From IMG/VR virus record IMGVR_UViG_3300028886_000047: DNA of 64,000 nt. The stretch is one strand, 5' to 3'. This document shows positions 47,404 through 57,142 of this stretch, piece after piece (the first letter of the stretch is position 1; the number at the start of each line of letters is the position of its first letter). Source of the stretch: a virus (Duplodnaviria > Heunggongvirae > Uroviricota > Caudoviricetes). The position numbers and the translations under genes were made by a program. The notes beneath the pieces are model-generated. The model searched no databases. It was given only the letters and a program-made list of their open reading frames with translations, and was not told the origin of the DNA.

Positions 47404-48663
47404 TTAGTCATTTGGCATATCTTCTTCAATTCTTAAACTAGATACAGATGGTTGTAGAGGTGTTCCATCATCAGAAAGATAGAAATATTTTACAGTAGCA
47501 TAGTGATTCAAACACTCTTCTTCAAAATTATTAACATACCAGTCTTTTAAATCTCTATCTCCATGAGGCTTAGCTTTAAATTCAATTCCATCTTTTGTAA
47601 TAAGATTAAAAACCATATCTTCATTGCCTCTTAATCCAAGTTCATAACCTGTTATCAGGAACTCTGAAGATTTGTATTTTTTAATCTTAATCATATCATT
47701 CGATCTCCCGTTAGGTTTATAAACTTTACTAGGATCTCTAATTACTACTCCTTCCCAACCTTCAGATACATATTCATTATGTAAATTCATAATATTATCC
47801 CATCCACTAATCTTTATTTGAGGAACAAATTGAAGACGAAGTTCTCCACTGGAAAACTCTCTTTCTGGATTAAAGGTAATACTATATTGTTCGGCAATTT
47901 GTTTCATTTTAGATAACCTATCTTCAAAAGAAGAATTAATATCTAAAATATCATACCAATAGAATTGTAAAACTTCATAATCGACAGCTTTCTTTTGTGT
48001 ACGAGCAACAGAATTAAGTTGTTGTAGACTCATTCCATGGTGATAACATTCTCCATCAAGTATAAGTCCTGGGTTAGCTTTAAATATATCGATTAGAGTT
48101 TTATTGGAAAGAATTTCATACATAGCAGCATCATAATTCATAGCACCACGAGACTGAGTATGAAGTTCTCCATCTGTTCCCATATAAATCAAAGCTCGAA
48201 GTCCATCAATTTTGCGAGAAGCATACCACTCCTTATCAAATATTTTCATATTTGTAACTTTTTCACTTTGCTTAGCAAGCATTGGTTTAGGAACTCCATC
48301 TTGATTTGTTACTACTTCTCCAATGATATTATTTAATTCCTCTTCAGAATATGTTTCTGGGTCTCGTTCAATTTCTCTATAACCTTTATCAAGTTTTTCT
48401 TTAACTAAATGCTTAGCTTCAAGGTCAACTTGCTGCCAAAGATTGCGAGAAGCTTTCCCTCGTTCTACATATTTAGTAGGCTGTTCAGTAATTTTTCCAT
48501 GAAGTTGGCCTGAATATCTATAGATTTCAAACCAACGTTCACCCGTTTTTTCATCATTAACTAAAGAATAACTTATCTCTACTGTTCTGATTTTTCCTTT
48601 CGTATCTCGACTTATTAAATACCAAGTTCGTTCGTCTGGAATCCTTTCAAATAAATCATCCAT
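47404..48663 (-). CDS. lig: ATP-dependent DNA ligase (nucleotidyltransferase motif I KIDGLR, motif III/IV LILDGE, motif V GWEGVVIRD...KIKK)
   Basis: Motifs seen in the translation. Confidence 0.7.
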   Translation of the reverse strand: MDDLFERIPDERTWYLISRDTKGKIRTVEISYSLVNDEKTGERWFEIYRYSGQLHGKITEQPTKYVERGKASRNLWQQVDLEAKHLVKEKLDKGYREIERDPETYSEEELNNIIGEVVTNQDGVPKPMLAKQSEKVTNMKIFDKEWYASRKIDGLRALIYMGTDGELHTQSRGAMNYDAAMYEILSNKTLIDIFKANPGLILDGECYHHGMSLQQLNSVARTQKKAVDYEVLQFYWYDILDINSSFEDRLSKMKQIAEQYSITFNPEREFSSGELRLQFVPQIKISGWDNIMNLHNEYVSEGWEGVVIRDPSKVYKPNGRSNDMIKIKKYKSSEFLITGYELGLRGNEDMVFNLITKDGIEFKAKPHGDRDLKDWYVNNFEEECLNHYATVKYFYLSDDGTPLQPSVSSLRIEEDMPND

Positions 48664-49258
48664 TTATAAAATAAGTTTTTGTGTCTTTAGCCATATAATC
48701 ATACAATTCATCTAAAGTTTGAATATAAACTTGTGTTCCATCTGATTCTTCTAAATCTACATAACGGCCATCTGAATGGTCAAATAGATAGGCATTAATC
48801 ATGTCACATCCAGCTTCTGTAAAATGCGATTCTAAAAATGTGTCTAACATAAGTCCTACAGCATCTACAGCAGGAATATCGTAAATTGTACAATTAAAGA
48901 TTTTTTCAAATTCAGTTATTTTAGAATCAAATAATTCCCATTTTTTAAGATAATTTAGAAACAATTCTTTTGACAAGATTTCTTTTTTATATTGGGGTAA
49001 TTTATTTTTCATAAAATCAATAAATTCTTCAGCATTACTAAATTCTGGACACTCATCCCTATTAATTACAAAATACTTATTAATAGGTTTGCCTAGATTT
49101 TTCCTATATTCATTATACATATCAAGAATATTATAAAATTCTTCCAAATGCATTGCATCTGTGGATTTAAGGAAATCCTCGATTTTAATTACAAAATACT
49201 TTATATTTATATCTTTATAATATTCAAGACACTCTTTTATATATTCTTTATTAAGCAC
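48656..49258 (-). CDS. hypothetical protein
   Basis: Track ORF. Confidence 0.4.
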   Translation of the reverse strand: MLNKEYIKECLEYYKDINIKYFVIKIEDFLKSTDAMHLEEFYNILDMYNEYRKNLGKPINKYFVINRDECPEFSNAEEFIDFMKNKLPQYKKEILSKELFLNYLKKWELFDSKITEFEKIFNCTIYDIPAVDAVGLMLDTFLESHFTEAGCDMINAYLFDHSDGRYVDLEESDGTQVYIQTLDELYDYMAKDTKTYFING

Positions 49259-49766
49259 GCTTCAATCCTCCATCTTCACCACGAGAAGTATCTGATAATT
49301 CTTCTACCTCTATCCAAGTAGTAGGTTCAACTCGATTAAATTTAACTTGAGCAATAGCTGTTCCGTCCATTTTATATGGAGCCATTTCATTCTCCATCTC
49401 AATAAGATTTAATTCTTTATCTCCATCAGGAAACAGCTGCTCAAATGGTGTACGAAGTTTATAAATAACTAACCATTCTCCACGATATCCTGCGTCGATA
49501 GTGCCTGGCGCATTAGGTATATAAGCTTCTGTCTTAGTATTACTACTGCGAGGTCTTATTTCAGCTTCCCAATCAGGTGTAAATTCTGTAGCAAATCCAA
49601 GATGATAGATAAATCTATCTCGTTTTGTATCATATTCGTATGATACTGGAATTAAATCAAAACAAGCATCTTCAATAGGATGTTTTTTGAATGGAATTTG
49701 AGCATTTTCGTGTAGTTTCTTAATTTTTACTATCATTTTGTAACCATTTAATAAATTGATTAACAC
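49251..49766 (-). CDS. dut: dUTP diphosphatase (dUTPase)
   Basis: Motifs DACFDL, IRPRSS, GTIDAGYRGE, ...SRGEDGGLK. Confidence 0.7.
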   Translation of the reverse strand: MLINLLNGYKMIVKIKKLHENAQIPFKKHPIEDACFDLIPVSYEYDTKRDRFIYHLGFATEFTPDWEAEIRPRSSNTKTEAYIPNAPGTIDAGYRGEWLVIYKLRTPFEQLFPDGDKELNLIEMENEMAPYKMDGTAIAQVKFNRVEPTTWIEVEELSDTSRGEDGGLKRA

Positions 49767-50064
49767 TATTTCCGAGTTCGGAATAGAATACCTTAACTAC
49801 TTTGTCTTCATCATCTCTAACCTCTATAAATGGAAGTTTTTTGGCACTCCAATAATTAAGGATTTTAATTCCTTCTTTTCTTCCATGTAAAGAGTTCATG
49901 TTCAAATAGTTTATGAAAAAACCATTTGTATTACTTAATGTTAAATAATTTTTATCATTATCATTATTATAAACCAATGTTACTTTCATATCTCGGCATT
50001 TCTCTCCAATATTGCGGATGTACTTCACAATTCCATCTATATTGAATCCATTTATTATTTTCAA
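49720..50064 (-). CDS. hypothetical protein
   Basis: Track ORF. Overlaps 49967..50209, so one of the two probably uses an internal start. Confidence 0.3.
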   Translation of the reverse strand: MKIINGFNIDGIVKYIRNIGEKCRDMKVTLVYNNDNDKNYLTLSNTNGFFINYLNMNSLHGRKEGIKILNYWSAKKLPFIEVRDDEDKVVKVFYSELGNSVNQFIKWLQNDSKN

Positions 50065-50209
50065 ATTTACCTTCAGCAGTTCCTCCTTCTAAAGTATACA
50101 GCAGAATACTTCGACAATTATCGGGAAGATATTCTGTTGTATACCATTTAGAATTATTAAGTTTATACGGAATACTCTGTAATTTCATGAGTAATGGTAT
50201 CGATTTCAA
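49967..50209 (-). CDS. hypothetical protein
   Basis: Track ORF. Confidence 0.3.
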   Translation of the reverse strand: MKSIPLLMKLQSIPYKLNNSKWYTTEYLPDNCRSILLYTLEGGTAEGKFENNKWIQYRWNCEVHPQYWREMPRYESNIGL

Positions 50210-50900
50210 ATATTTTTCTACAATCTAAACACGCCCATTTATCTGTAATAAGTGGATTGTTTAATTGGGTATGTCCGAATACTTGATAAATTCCTTCTTC
50301 TCCAATCGGAACGATTTCTCCTTTCACTTCTGTCTCGTGATGATTTATATGTTCACGTATATCAGCCCATTCACAAGAACCACAACTATCCAATCCACCA
50401 CGATAATAAGAAACTGCTGCTAAATATCTATAGTTAGCAGAGTCCTTATCAAAATCAATCGATTGTTGTAAGAATTTTCCTAATTCTAAAACAGATTTAT
50501 CTAGAATTAGAAGTTTAGCCCATTCTTTAGTAATTCCAGCATGGGTAAATATTACATTATCAATTACATACCCAATAGTAAATAAATTCTGATTTTCTTT
50601 AATTATTCTTTCATATAATCCAGAAGAAATTCGATTATACCGACTACTTTCTGGAAAACCATTTAATACATAATGTAGTATATGATTTCCATATAGAAGT
50701 TCCACTTTTTCTAAATTATCCTTTTTAAATTGAATAATTTCTTCTAAACAATCTACTGGATTGTCATATAAAGTTTCTGGGTCTTCTGAAGGATATGGGT
50801 CAACATAATCTCCTAAAAAGATTATTTTATCACATTTAATATTAACTACATCTTTCCAAAATGTTCTTGAATGAACATCAGGTACTACTATTACTTTCAT
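50163..50900 (-). CDS. calcineurin-like metallophosphoesterase / Ser-Thr phosphatase-like
   Basis: VVPDVHS...LGDYVD...GNHILH motif series. Confidence 0.55.
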   Translation of the reverse strand: MKVIVVPDVHSRTFWKDVVNIKCDKIIFLGDYVDPYPSEDPETLYDNPVDCLEEIIQFKKDNLEKVELLYGNHILHYVLNGFPESSRYNRISSGLYERIIKENQNLFTIGYVIDNVIFTHAGITKEWAKLLILDKSVLELGKFLQQSIDFDKDSANYRYLAAVSYYRGGLDSCGSCEWADIREHINHHETEVKGEIVPIGEEGIYQVFGHTQLNNPLITDKWACLDCRKIFEIDTITHEITEYSV

Positions 50901-51144
50901 AGATACTCTTAAAATGTTTAAATATAGGTTCTAAATCTTTTTCGTCGGAAATACTCCAACCATGTTCTCCAGTTTTAAGATTAATATACTTACCACCTCC
51001 ACCATCTTTAGTTAAAAGTGTTAGCTCCTGAAAATCATCTTCTCCAGAACAATTATCTGGGCCTTGTAAATATTTTACTTGAATTTCATCAACAAGAACT
51101 TCGTTATCCTCTGGAAAACCATCAGTTATTAATTTTATTGACAT
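50878..51144 (-). CDS. hypothetical protein
   Basis: Track ORF. Confidence 0.4.
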   Translation of the reverse strand: MSIKLITDGFPEDNEVLVDEIQVKYLQGPDNCSGEDDFQELTLLTKDGGGGKYINLKTGEHGWSISDEKDLEPIFKHFKSIYESNSST

Positions 51145-51147
51145 ATT

Positions 51148-53463
51148 TCATGAACATTTAGTATAGCCACATAACACACATTCATTACATCCTCCAATAT
51201 GAGTCAATCCCTTCTGATGACATTCGGGACATTCTTCATATTCTGGATAAATTATTTCATGGCTTTTAATAGGACTTTCACATTCATTAGGAATACAATT
51301 ATGTATTCTTTCAAGAACTTCTTTATGCATATCTTTTAATGCAATTCCAACAGCTGTTGGACAACAAGCTCCTTTAGAAGTATCTTTCTTTGTAGCAGTA
51401 CGAACTGCATAAGATGGACAAACTCCACATGAATTAAGTTGATCTATAATTGCATCTATAGAAAGGCCTCCTCTTGCTGCAAGACTAATCATTCGTGAAA
51501 GACCAATCATAAAGTTTTGACATCCACCCTTAGAACCTTTACTAAGATATGTTTCTCTTAACTCTCCAGTAATAGAATCGAAGTAAGCGGTGCAATGTAA
51601 TGTTCCGCAGCCTGTTGTTAAGGTACGTTTGAGTCCAATACAGGTATCATCAGCTTTTACTACAAATCCTCTTGGAAGTTCATCATGTATAGCTTCTAAT
51701 TGAATGGGTTCTTCTACCTTTTCAGGTTTATCTGTTGTAAGAATACCTTCTCTTTTACATCCAGAACGATATACAGTTACTCCTTTTAATCCTCTTTCCC
51801 AAGCTTCAAGATATATATTATATACATCTTCTATTGTTGCTTTATTTGGAAGATTTATTGTAGAACTTATTGAAGCATCTGTATAGTTTTGTAAAGCAGC
51901 TTGTACTTTAATTCTATCAATTGGATTAATATCAGCAGACGTTACAAAGTAGTCAGGAAGTTTAACGTCTCCTGTAATCTTCTTATAATCTTCAACAATT
52001 TTAGAATCTACTTGATAATAAGTATCTCCTCCATTTAAAGATTGTGTTTTTCTTGTGTAGGATAGAGCGAAATAAGGTTCCAACCCAGTGCTGGTTTCAA
52101 GCATGGTTCCAATTGACCCAGTAGGCGCGCACGTAAGAAGCTGAGAGTTATATAATCCATAATCAGCAATCTGTCCTAATACAGATGCTGGAAGATTTAA
52201 TGCTTTAATAAAAGAAGAATTAATTAATTTTTCTTTATTACATTTTGGATAACATCCATGCTCCCTAGCAAGTGCCAATGATTCATATACTGCGTCGACA
52301 GCAATAGTTTTGTAAACTTCTTTAATTAAATTAATTGATTCTTCGCTACCATATTTTATGCCGAGTTTTATTAGCATCTCAGCAAGACCCATTGTACCTA
52401 ATCCGATTTGTCTCCAATCTCTAACAGTTTCTTGTTGTATAGAAAGTGGATGTAAAGTGAGTCCTTCAATAAGAACTTGATTCAAAGCCCTAGTTGCACC
52501 AATAACAGCTGTTTCTAAGGCATACCAATTGATACTAGCGTTCTTAGTAAATGGGTTGTCAACAAACATTCCAAGATTTATACTACCTAATAAACAGCTC
52601 CCTCCGGCTGGAAGAGGCTCTTCACTACAGGGATTGACTCCAGCATACTTAAATTCTTCTACATTATCAAGCATGTTATATTCTTCAATACGATTCCAAT
52701 ATAAAATGCCTGGTTCTGCATAATTCCAATTATTCTCTGCTAATTTCTTAAACAATTTAACTGGATTTACTATTTTATAATATACTCCATCTACTTCGTG
52801 AAGTTCTCCTTCTTTCCAGTCTAATGTATTGAATTCAGATTCGCATTTATCACATGGCCAAGATAATATATATCTATTAATTCCACGTTTTACAGCGTTC
52901 ATAAAATCATCTGTCACTCTAACAGATATATTAGCATATTTTATACGCTCTAAATCAGTCTTACAATCAATAAATTCTTCTATATCAGGATGATTAACAC
53001 TTAAAGAAATCATTGTTGCTCCGCGGCGGCCGTTCTGGCTTATTGTCTGAGTAACTTGACTATATAAATCCATAAAAGAGACTGGACCAGTGGATTCTTT
53101 AGCAGCATTGTGGGTAGTAGCTCCTCTAGGACGAAGATTACTTAGGTCTATTCCAACTCCGCCTCCATAACTAAATGTACGAGCCATTTGTTTAGCACAT
53201 TCAAGTATTGATTCCAGATTATCTTCAGGAGCTGGAAGTACATAACAATTACTTAAAGAACCTTTTTTACCCTTAATTCCTCTATTAGCAAGTATTCTAC
53301 CTCCAAAAATAAACTTTTTGGAGCGAATTAATTCCTTTATATCCTCTTGTCCTACACAAATTCTATCTAAAAATTCTTCAAAAGATTCATCTTCATTACG
53401 ATATTTTTTATTCCAAATATCTAATGATAATTGATTTCCATTTAACCATTCTTTTTCTGTCAT
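51148..53463 (-). CDS. nrdJ: ribonucleotide reductase large subunit, class II (adenosylcobalamin-type, NrdJ-like) with C-terminal Cys-rich zinc-ribbon tail
   Basis: GGGVGIDLSNLRPRGA...TGPVSFM and NPCSEEPLP...GSCLLGSINL match the class I/II active site. No R2 (NrdB) gene is nearby. C-terminal CPECHQKG...CNECVLCGY. Confidence 0.7.
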   Translation of the reverse strand: MTEKEWLNGNQLSLDIWNKKYRNEDESFEEFLDRICVGQEDIKELIRSKKFIFGGRILANRGIKGKKGSLSNCYVLPAPEDNLESILECAKQMARTFSYGGGVGIDLSNLRPRGATTHNAAKESTGPVSFMDLYSQVTQTISQNGRRGATMISLSVNHPDIEEFIDCKTDLERIKYANISVRVTDDFMNAVKRGINRYILSWPCDKCESEFNTLDWKEGELHEVDGVYYKIVNPVKLFKKLAENNWNYAEPGILYWNRIEEYNMLDNVEEFKYAGVNPCSEEPLPAGGSCLLGSINLGMFVDNPFTKNASINWYALETAVIGATRALNQVLIEGLTLHPLSIQQETVRDWRQIGLGTMGLAEMLIKLGIKYGSEESINLIKEVYKTIAVDAVYESLALAREHGCYPKCNKEKLINSSFIKALNLPASVLGQIADYGLYNSQLLTCAPTGSIGTMLETSTGLEPYFALSYTRKTQSLNGGDTYYQVDSKIVEDYKKITGDVKLPDYFVTSADINPIDRIKVQAALQNYTDASISSTINLPNKATIEDVYNIYLEAWERGLKGVTVYRSGCKREGILTTDKPEKVEEPIQLEAIHDELPRGFVVKADDTCIGLKRTLTTGCGTLHCTAYFDSITGELRETYLSKGSKGGCQNFMIGLSRMISLAARGGLSIDAIIDQLNSCGVCPSYAVRTATKKDTSKGACCPTAVGIALKDMHKEVLERIHNCIPNECESPIKSHEIIYPEYEECPECHQKGLTHIGGCNECVLCGYTKCS

Positions 53464-53560
53464 ATAAAATAAAAGGTTTAATAAATATATTAAATTGAAC
53501 TTATAATATACCTATCAAACCTTAAAAATCAAAGTTAAAAACTAATTATATTAATAAATG

Positions 53561-53809
53561 TTAATTTGTTTTTGGAAAACAAAATTTATTTCTAATCATT
53601 CTATTCCATGTAATTTCGGACTCTTCATGAAATGGGTCATCAATTAAATAGCAAAGTTCACCCGAATTAGTTTCTCCAACAGGACATTCAGAGTGTGTAA
53701 TAATGTCACAATTATAAAGTATTTGTCCGAATCTCCAATCTGGATATTTATTAACTAATTCTTGTAACTTATCAACTATAGCTTGATTATACATTTTTCT
53801 AAATTTCAT
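53561..53809 (-). CDS. hypothetical protein
   Basis: Track ORF. Confidence 0.4.
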   Translation of the reverse strand: MKFRKMYNQAIVDKLQELVNKYPDWRFGQILYNCDIITHSECPVGETNSGELCYLIDDPFHEESEITWNRMIRNKFCFPKTN

Positions 53810-54591
53810 AAATCAAGAATGTCTTGTAATAATAGTGTTTTTTCAAATAAGTTGAAAAAGTCTTTCTTTATATTATTTGTGATAACATTTGTAAAAGCAT
53901 TATATACTGAATACATTGGAATTTCAGGTTTATTTTCAAAATAATATTCAGAATCTTCTTTTTCAAATAATGCCTTATAAGCATCAATAGCAGTTGAAAC
54001 AGCTAATTTGCTCTTTCCAAAATGATTATCATAAGAATAATTTAAACAATTTCTTACCCATTTTCCAAGAGATTCATTGATATGATAATCATCACATTCA
54101 AAAGATTTTTCTGTTAACTTATTTAACCAAGCAGCAGTATCATCAGTTTGGCGAATAATATTATCTAATGGTTTATAATCAACAGCTGTATTAGCCTCTA
54201 ACTCTTGACAACTTAACAGTTGTGGAGAAAATACACAGAGATTAGTGCAGCTTTGTCTTTCCATCCCTTTGAAAAACTTTATTACAGGCTTTTTTACATC
54301 AATTCCAAAAACCATTCCAATAACTCCTTTATGAGGGTCGTTTGAAAATTTATACTCATCAGGAAGAATGGCTTCTATAAGAACTCTATTATAAGTAATA
54401 TCATCTGTAACAATATTTCCATTAGAATCAAATGTTACTTGTTTCGGAAGTTGAGCTTGAACTCGAAATTCAGAAGTTAATTTAAGTAACCTATCTAAAA
54501 ACGGTTCAACATATGCAGCAGTTGGAAAGTATTCCTTTCCTCCAATACGAGTAGCTTTACCTTCAAGAAGAGTGTTTAATTCAATATTCAT
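53806..54591 (-). CDS. hypothetical protein
   Basis: Track ORF. Confidence 0.4.
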   Translation of the reverse strand: MNIELNTLLEGKATRIGGKEYFPTAAYVEPFLDRLLKLTSEFRVQAQLPKQVTFDSNGNIVTDDITYNRVLIEAILPDEYKFSNDPHKGVIGMVFGIDVKKPVIKFFKGMERQSCTNLCVFSPQLLSCQELEANTAVDYKPLDNIIRQTDDTAAWLNKLTEKSFECDDYHINESLGKWVRNCLNYSYDNHFGKSKLAVSTAIDAYKALFEKEDSEYYFENKPEIPMYSVYNAFTNVITNNIKKDFFNLFEKTLLLQDILDL

Positions 54592-54938
54592 TGTTCATCA
54601 TCATAATTAATATCTGAAATATCTTTTACAGAATTATTATTATAATAGAAATAATTTGTAATATAATCTACTAATTGATTTTCGCTATATTCTTTAGCGT
54701 CGAGAAACAATATTTTGGCTTGATTAAATTCTTTTTCAGTTAAGGAAATTTCAATACGATGTCCTCTATAAAGTATGATTATATAATTTCCATTTAATAT
54801 AAATGAAAGTGTGTACTGATTTGATTCATTATAGATTGTTATATAATCACTAGCACCAGTTGCTCCAATATTTAATCTTTTATCCATTGCTTCTCGAATA
54901 AAAGATTCTATTTTTGAATATTCTATTTTATTCTCCAT
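54588..54938 (-). CDS. hypothetical protein
   Basis: Track ORF. Confidence 0.4.
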   Translation of the reverse strand: MENKIEYSKIESFIREAMDKRLNIGATGASDYITIYNESNQYTLSFILNGNYIIILYRGHRIEISLTEKEFNQAKILFLDAKEYSENQLVDYITNYFYYNNNSVKDISDINYDDEQ

Positions 54939-55590
54939 AATAATTTTGTTTTATTTGTTCTTCATTAATTTCAATATCTTTATTCCTATATTTCTTCCAA
55001 TTTTCTATAACAGCTTCTTTATTTGAACTGGGACTTGGCCCAAAATATACAGACATTTGAAAAGAGTTTAAATCACGAGTCCAATTAAAGAATTGGCCAG
55101 CCATATCAAGAAATTCAAAGAATTTGTTTTGAAGTTGTTCTGATATTTCTACGAAACTGGGATCAACTTGTTCTAAAATAATCTCTAACTCCTTTTCTAA
55201 ATTATTAGGATGTTCATATCCCCTATGTCCAGGTTCGCCTTTCTTTCCTTCTATATATTTATTAACAATTGGACACTTACAATAATTTTTAAGGATTTCT
55301 ATTATATCAAGAAGATTCTGTTGCTCATCCAATTTATAAGCATATATATACGAATTACAAACATCTTCTATTACATCTCCTGGAAGATAATAAAATTCAA
55401 ACGGTTTCGGGCCTACAAATTCTGAATACGAAGGTTTCTCTTCTAAAGCTTCATATTCAGCTTCTTTTTCTTTAAAAATTCTATTCTCTTCTTTAAATGC
55501 TTCCCAAGATACAGAAGGTTGAGCTAAACTATAAAGCTCCATTAGACATTCCTTAACCGCTTTATTAAGAACATCATATCTTGTTAACAT
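54928..55590 (-). CDS. hypothetical protein
   Basis: Track ORF. Confidence 0.4.
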   Translation of the reverse strand: MLTRYDVLNKAVKECLMELYSLAQPSVSWEAFKEENRIFKEKEAEYEALEEKPSYSEFVGPKPFEFYYLPGDVIEDVCNSYIYAYKLDEQQNLLDIIEILKNYCKCPIVNKYIEGKKGEPGHRGYEHPNNLEKELEIILEQVDPSFVEISEQLQNKFFEFLDMAGQFFNWTRDLNSFQMSVYFGPSPSSNKEAVIENWKKYRNKDIEINEEQIKQNYYGE

Positions 55591-56026
55591 AGTCTAGTAC
55601 TTTATTCAATTTACTTACACTAAAAGAATTTAATCTTACAATAATATTATCAATTATAGAATTTTCAGAATTTCTTATAGATAATGCCTCATACAATTCA
55701 TCATAATTAACAATAGTCCATTTAGGGAAGGCATCTTTTATAGCTAGAAGGTCTTCTATATAATCTATTCCACTAAGTTCAAACTCCCGTGAGTCTACAT
55801 TAACACACCAAGCATAACAATCATTAGATTGAATATCTAAATGTTTGTATATATATTGAGTTATAAGACTTTCCGCTAATTCGTCGGAGTTCATTATATA
55901 TTCTGAATCTATGCGCAATTCGTCAAAATCTTCAGTTACTGATTTATCAAATAAATCTAAAAGTTCATTAAACTCAGTTTCAGATATAACACCTATCTTT
56001 TCTAAATACTTTTTATACATATTCAT
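55574..56026 (-). CDS. hypothetical protein (start moved to the internal ATG at 56026 to avoid overlapping the upstream recoded gene)
   Basis: The track ORF spans 55574..56044. The recoded HEG ends at 56031. Confidence 0.35.
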   Translation of the reverse strand: MNMYKKYLEKIGVISETEFNELLDLFDKSVTEDFDELRIDSEYIMNSDELAESLITQYIYKHLDIQSNDCYAWCVNVDSREFELSGIDYIEDLLAIKDAFPKWTIVNYDELYEALSIRNSENSIIDNIIVRLNSFSVSKLNKVLDYVNKI

Positions 56027-56030
56027 TTTC

Positions 56031-57140
56031 TTATAAATTTTCAAAAAAATTATTTAATATATTATTAATTTTTTCTTGAGTATTATATTCATAAGATATT
56101 TCTAACAATTTAATTTTATTATTATTACAATAATCTCTTATATACTAATCTCTTTTCTACTAATGTTCAAAAGCTATCTATCCTCCACTAAATCCCATAG
56201 GAATATAATGTTGCTATCCATTATATTCAATAGCTAAATTATATTTTGGAATATAGAAATCTATTTTAGCTACTCCAGACTTATTTATTGATTTATCTAT
56301 ATCTATAATATAATTTCTTTCAAATTCTATATTATTATTTACAAAATAAGTCCTTATAAACTTTTCTCCGTGAGATTCGGAACATTTAAGACAACCTTGT
56401 TCTTGTCCATTTATATGATTATTAGGTTTCATCCAAAATTCTCCGTGTTCTGGGCATATAATACACACTTTAGTATGATTATTTATATAATTAACTTTAC
56501 TATAATCATATTTATTACCATGAATTTTATTTGCTTTGTCAATAAATGTTTCAGTTGTTAATTTATTATTTCCAGCACATTTTGGACAACCACACCCCTA
56601 AACGTGATCTCTTGGTTTTTGTTCGAATTCTCCATGTGTGGGACAAATAATTTTTATAGGAGTAAAAACTCCTTTATAATTTACTAAAGAATAATCATAT
56701 TTATCTCCGTGGACTTTTCTAGCCTTTTCTATAAAGTCGTTATTATTTGATACTTTATTTGCACATTTAGGACATCCCTATCCATTCAAATGAGAATAAG
56801 CTTTTTGTTGAAATTCTCCATGTTCGGGACATATTATAACAATATCATTATGTGCTCCAGTATATTTAGACTTAGAATAATCATATTTGTTCCCGTGAAT
56901 TTTTATAGCTTTTTCTATCCACTATTCTGTAGTTATTTTAATTGATTTTGCACATTTTGGACATCCTTGTCCGCGTTTATGTACATAAGCCTTTTGTTCA
57001 AAATCTCCGTGAATAGGACAAGTTATGGTTATTTTTGTCTAGGAATTTATATAATTTGTCTTACTATAATCATATTTATTATTGTGTTTCTATTTACAAA
57101 TTTCTATAAATTCTTCATTAGTTAATTTATTTTTAATCAT
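56031..57140 (-). CDS. homing-endonuclease-like protein: four tandem zinc-ribbon repeats plus C-terminal Vsr/DUF559-like (EDxHD-family-like) nuclease domain; TAG-recoded (~11 in-frame TAG)
   Basis: ATG 57140-57138 to TAA 56033-56031. Four ~50-aa repeats of [E.FIEKA.KIHGNKYDYS...IICPEHGEF.QK..H.NGQGCPKC]. C-terminus IDFYIPKYNLAIEYNGQQHY fits the DF...IE.DG..H Vsr-like pattern. The track shows only 56214..56468. Confidence 0.6.
56390..57128 (-). repeat. four tandem ~150-nt coding repeats (zinc-ribbon units) within the recoded HEG
   Basis: Repeat units aligned by eye. TAG occupies positions where sister repeats have CAA (Gln). Confidence 0.55.
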
Positions 57141-57142
57141 AT

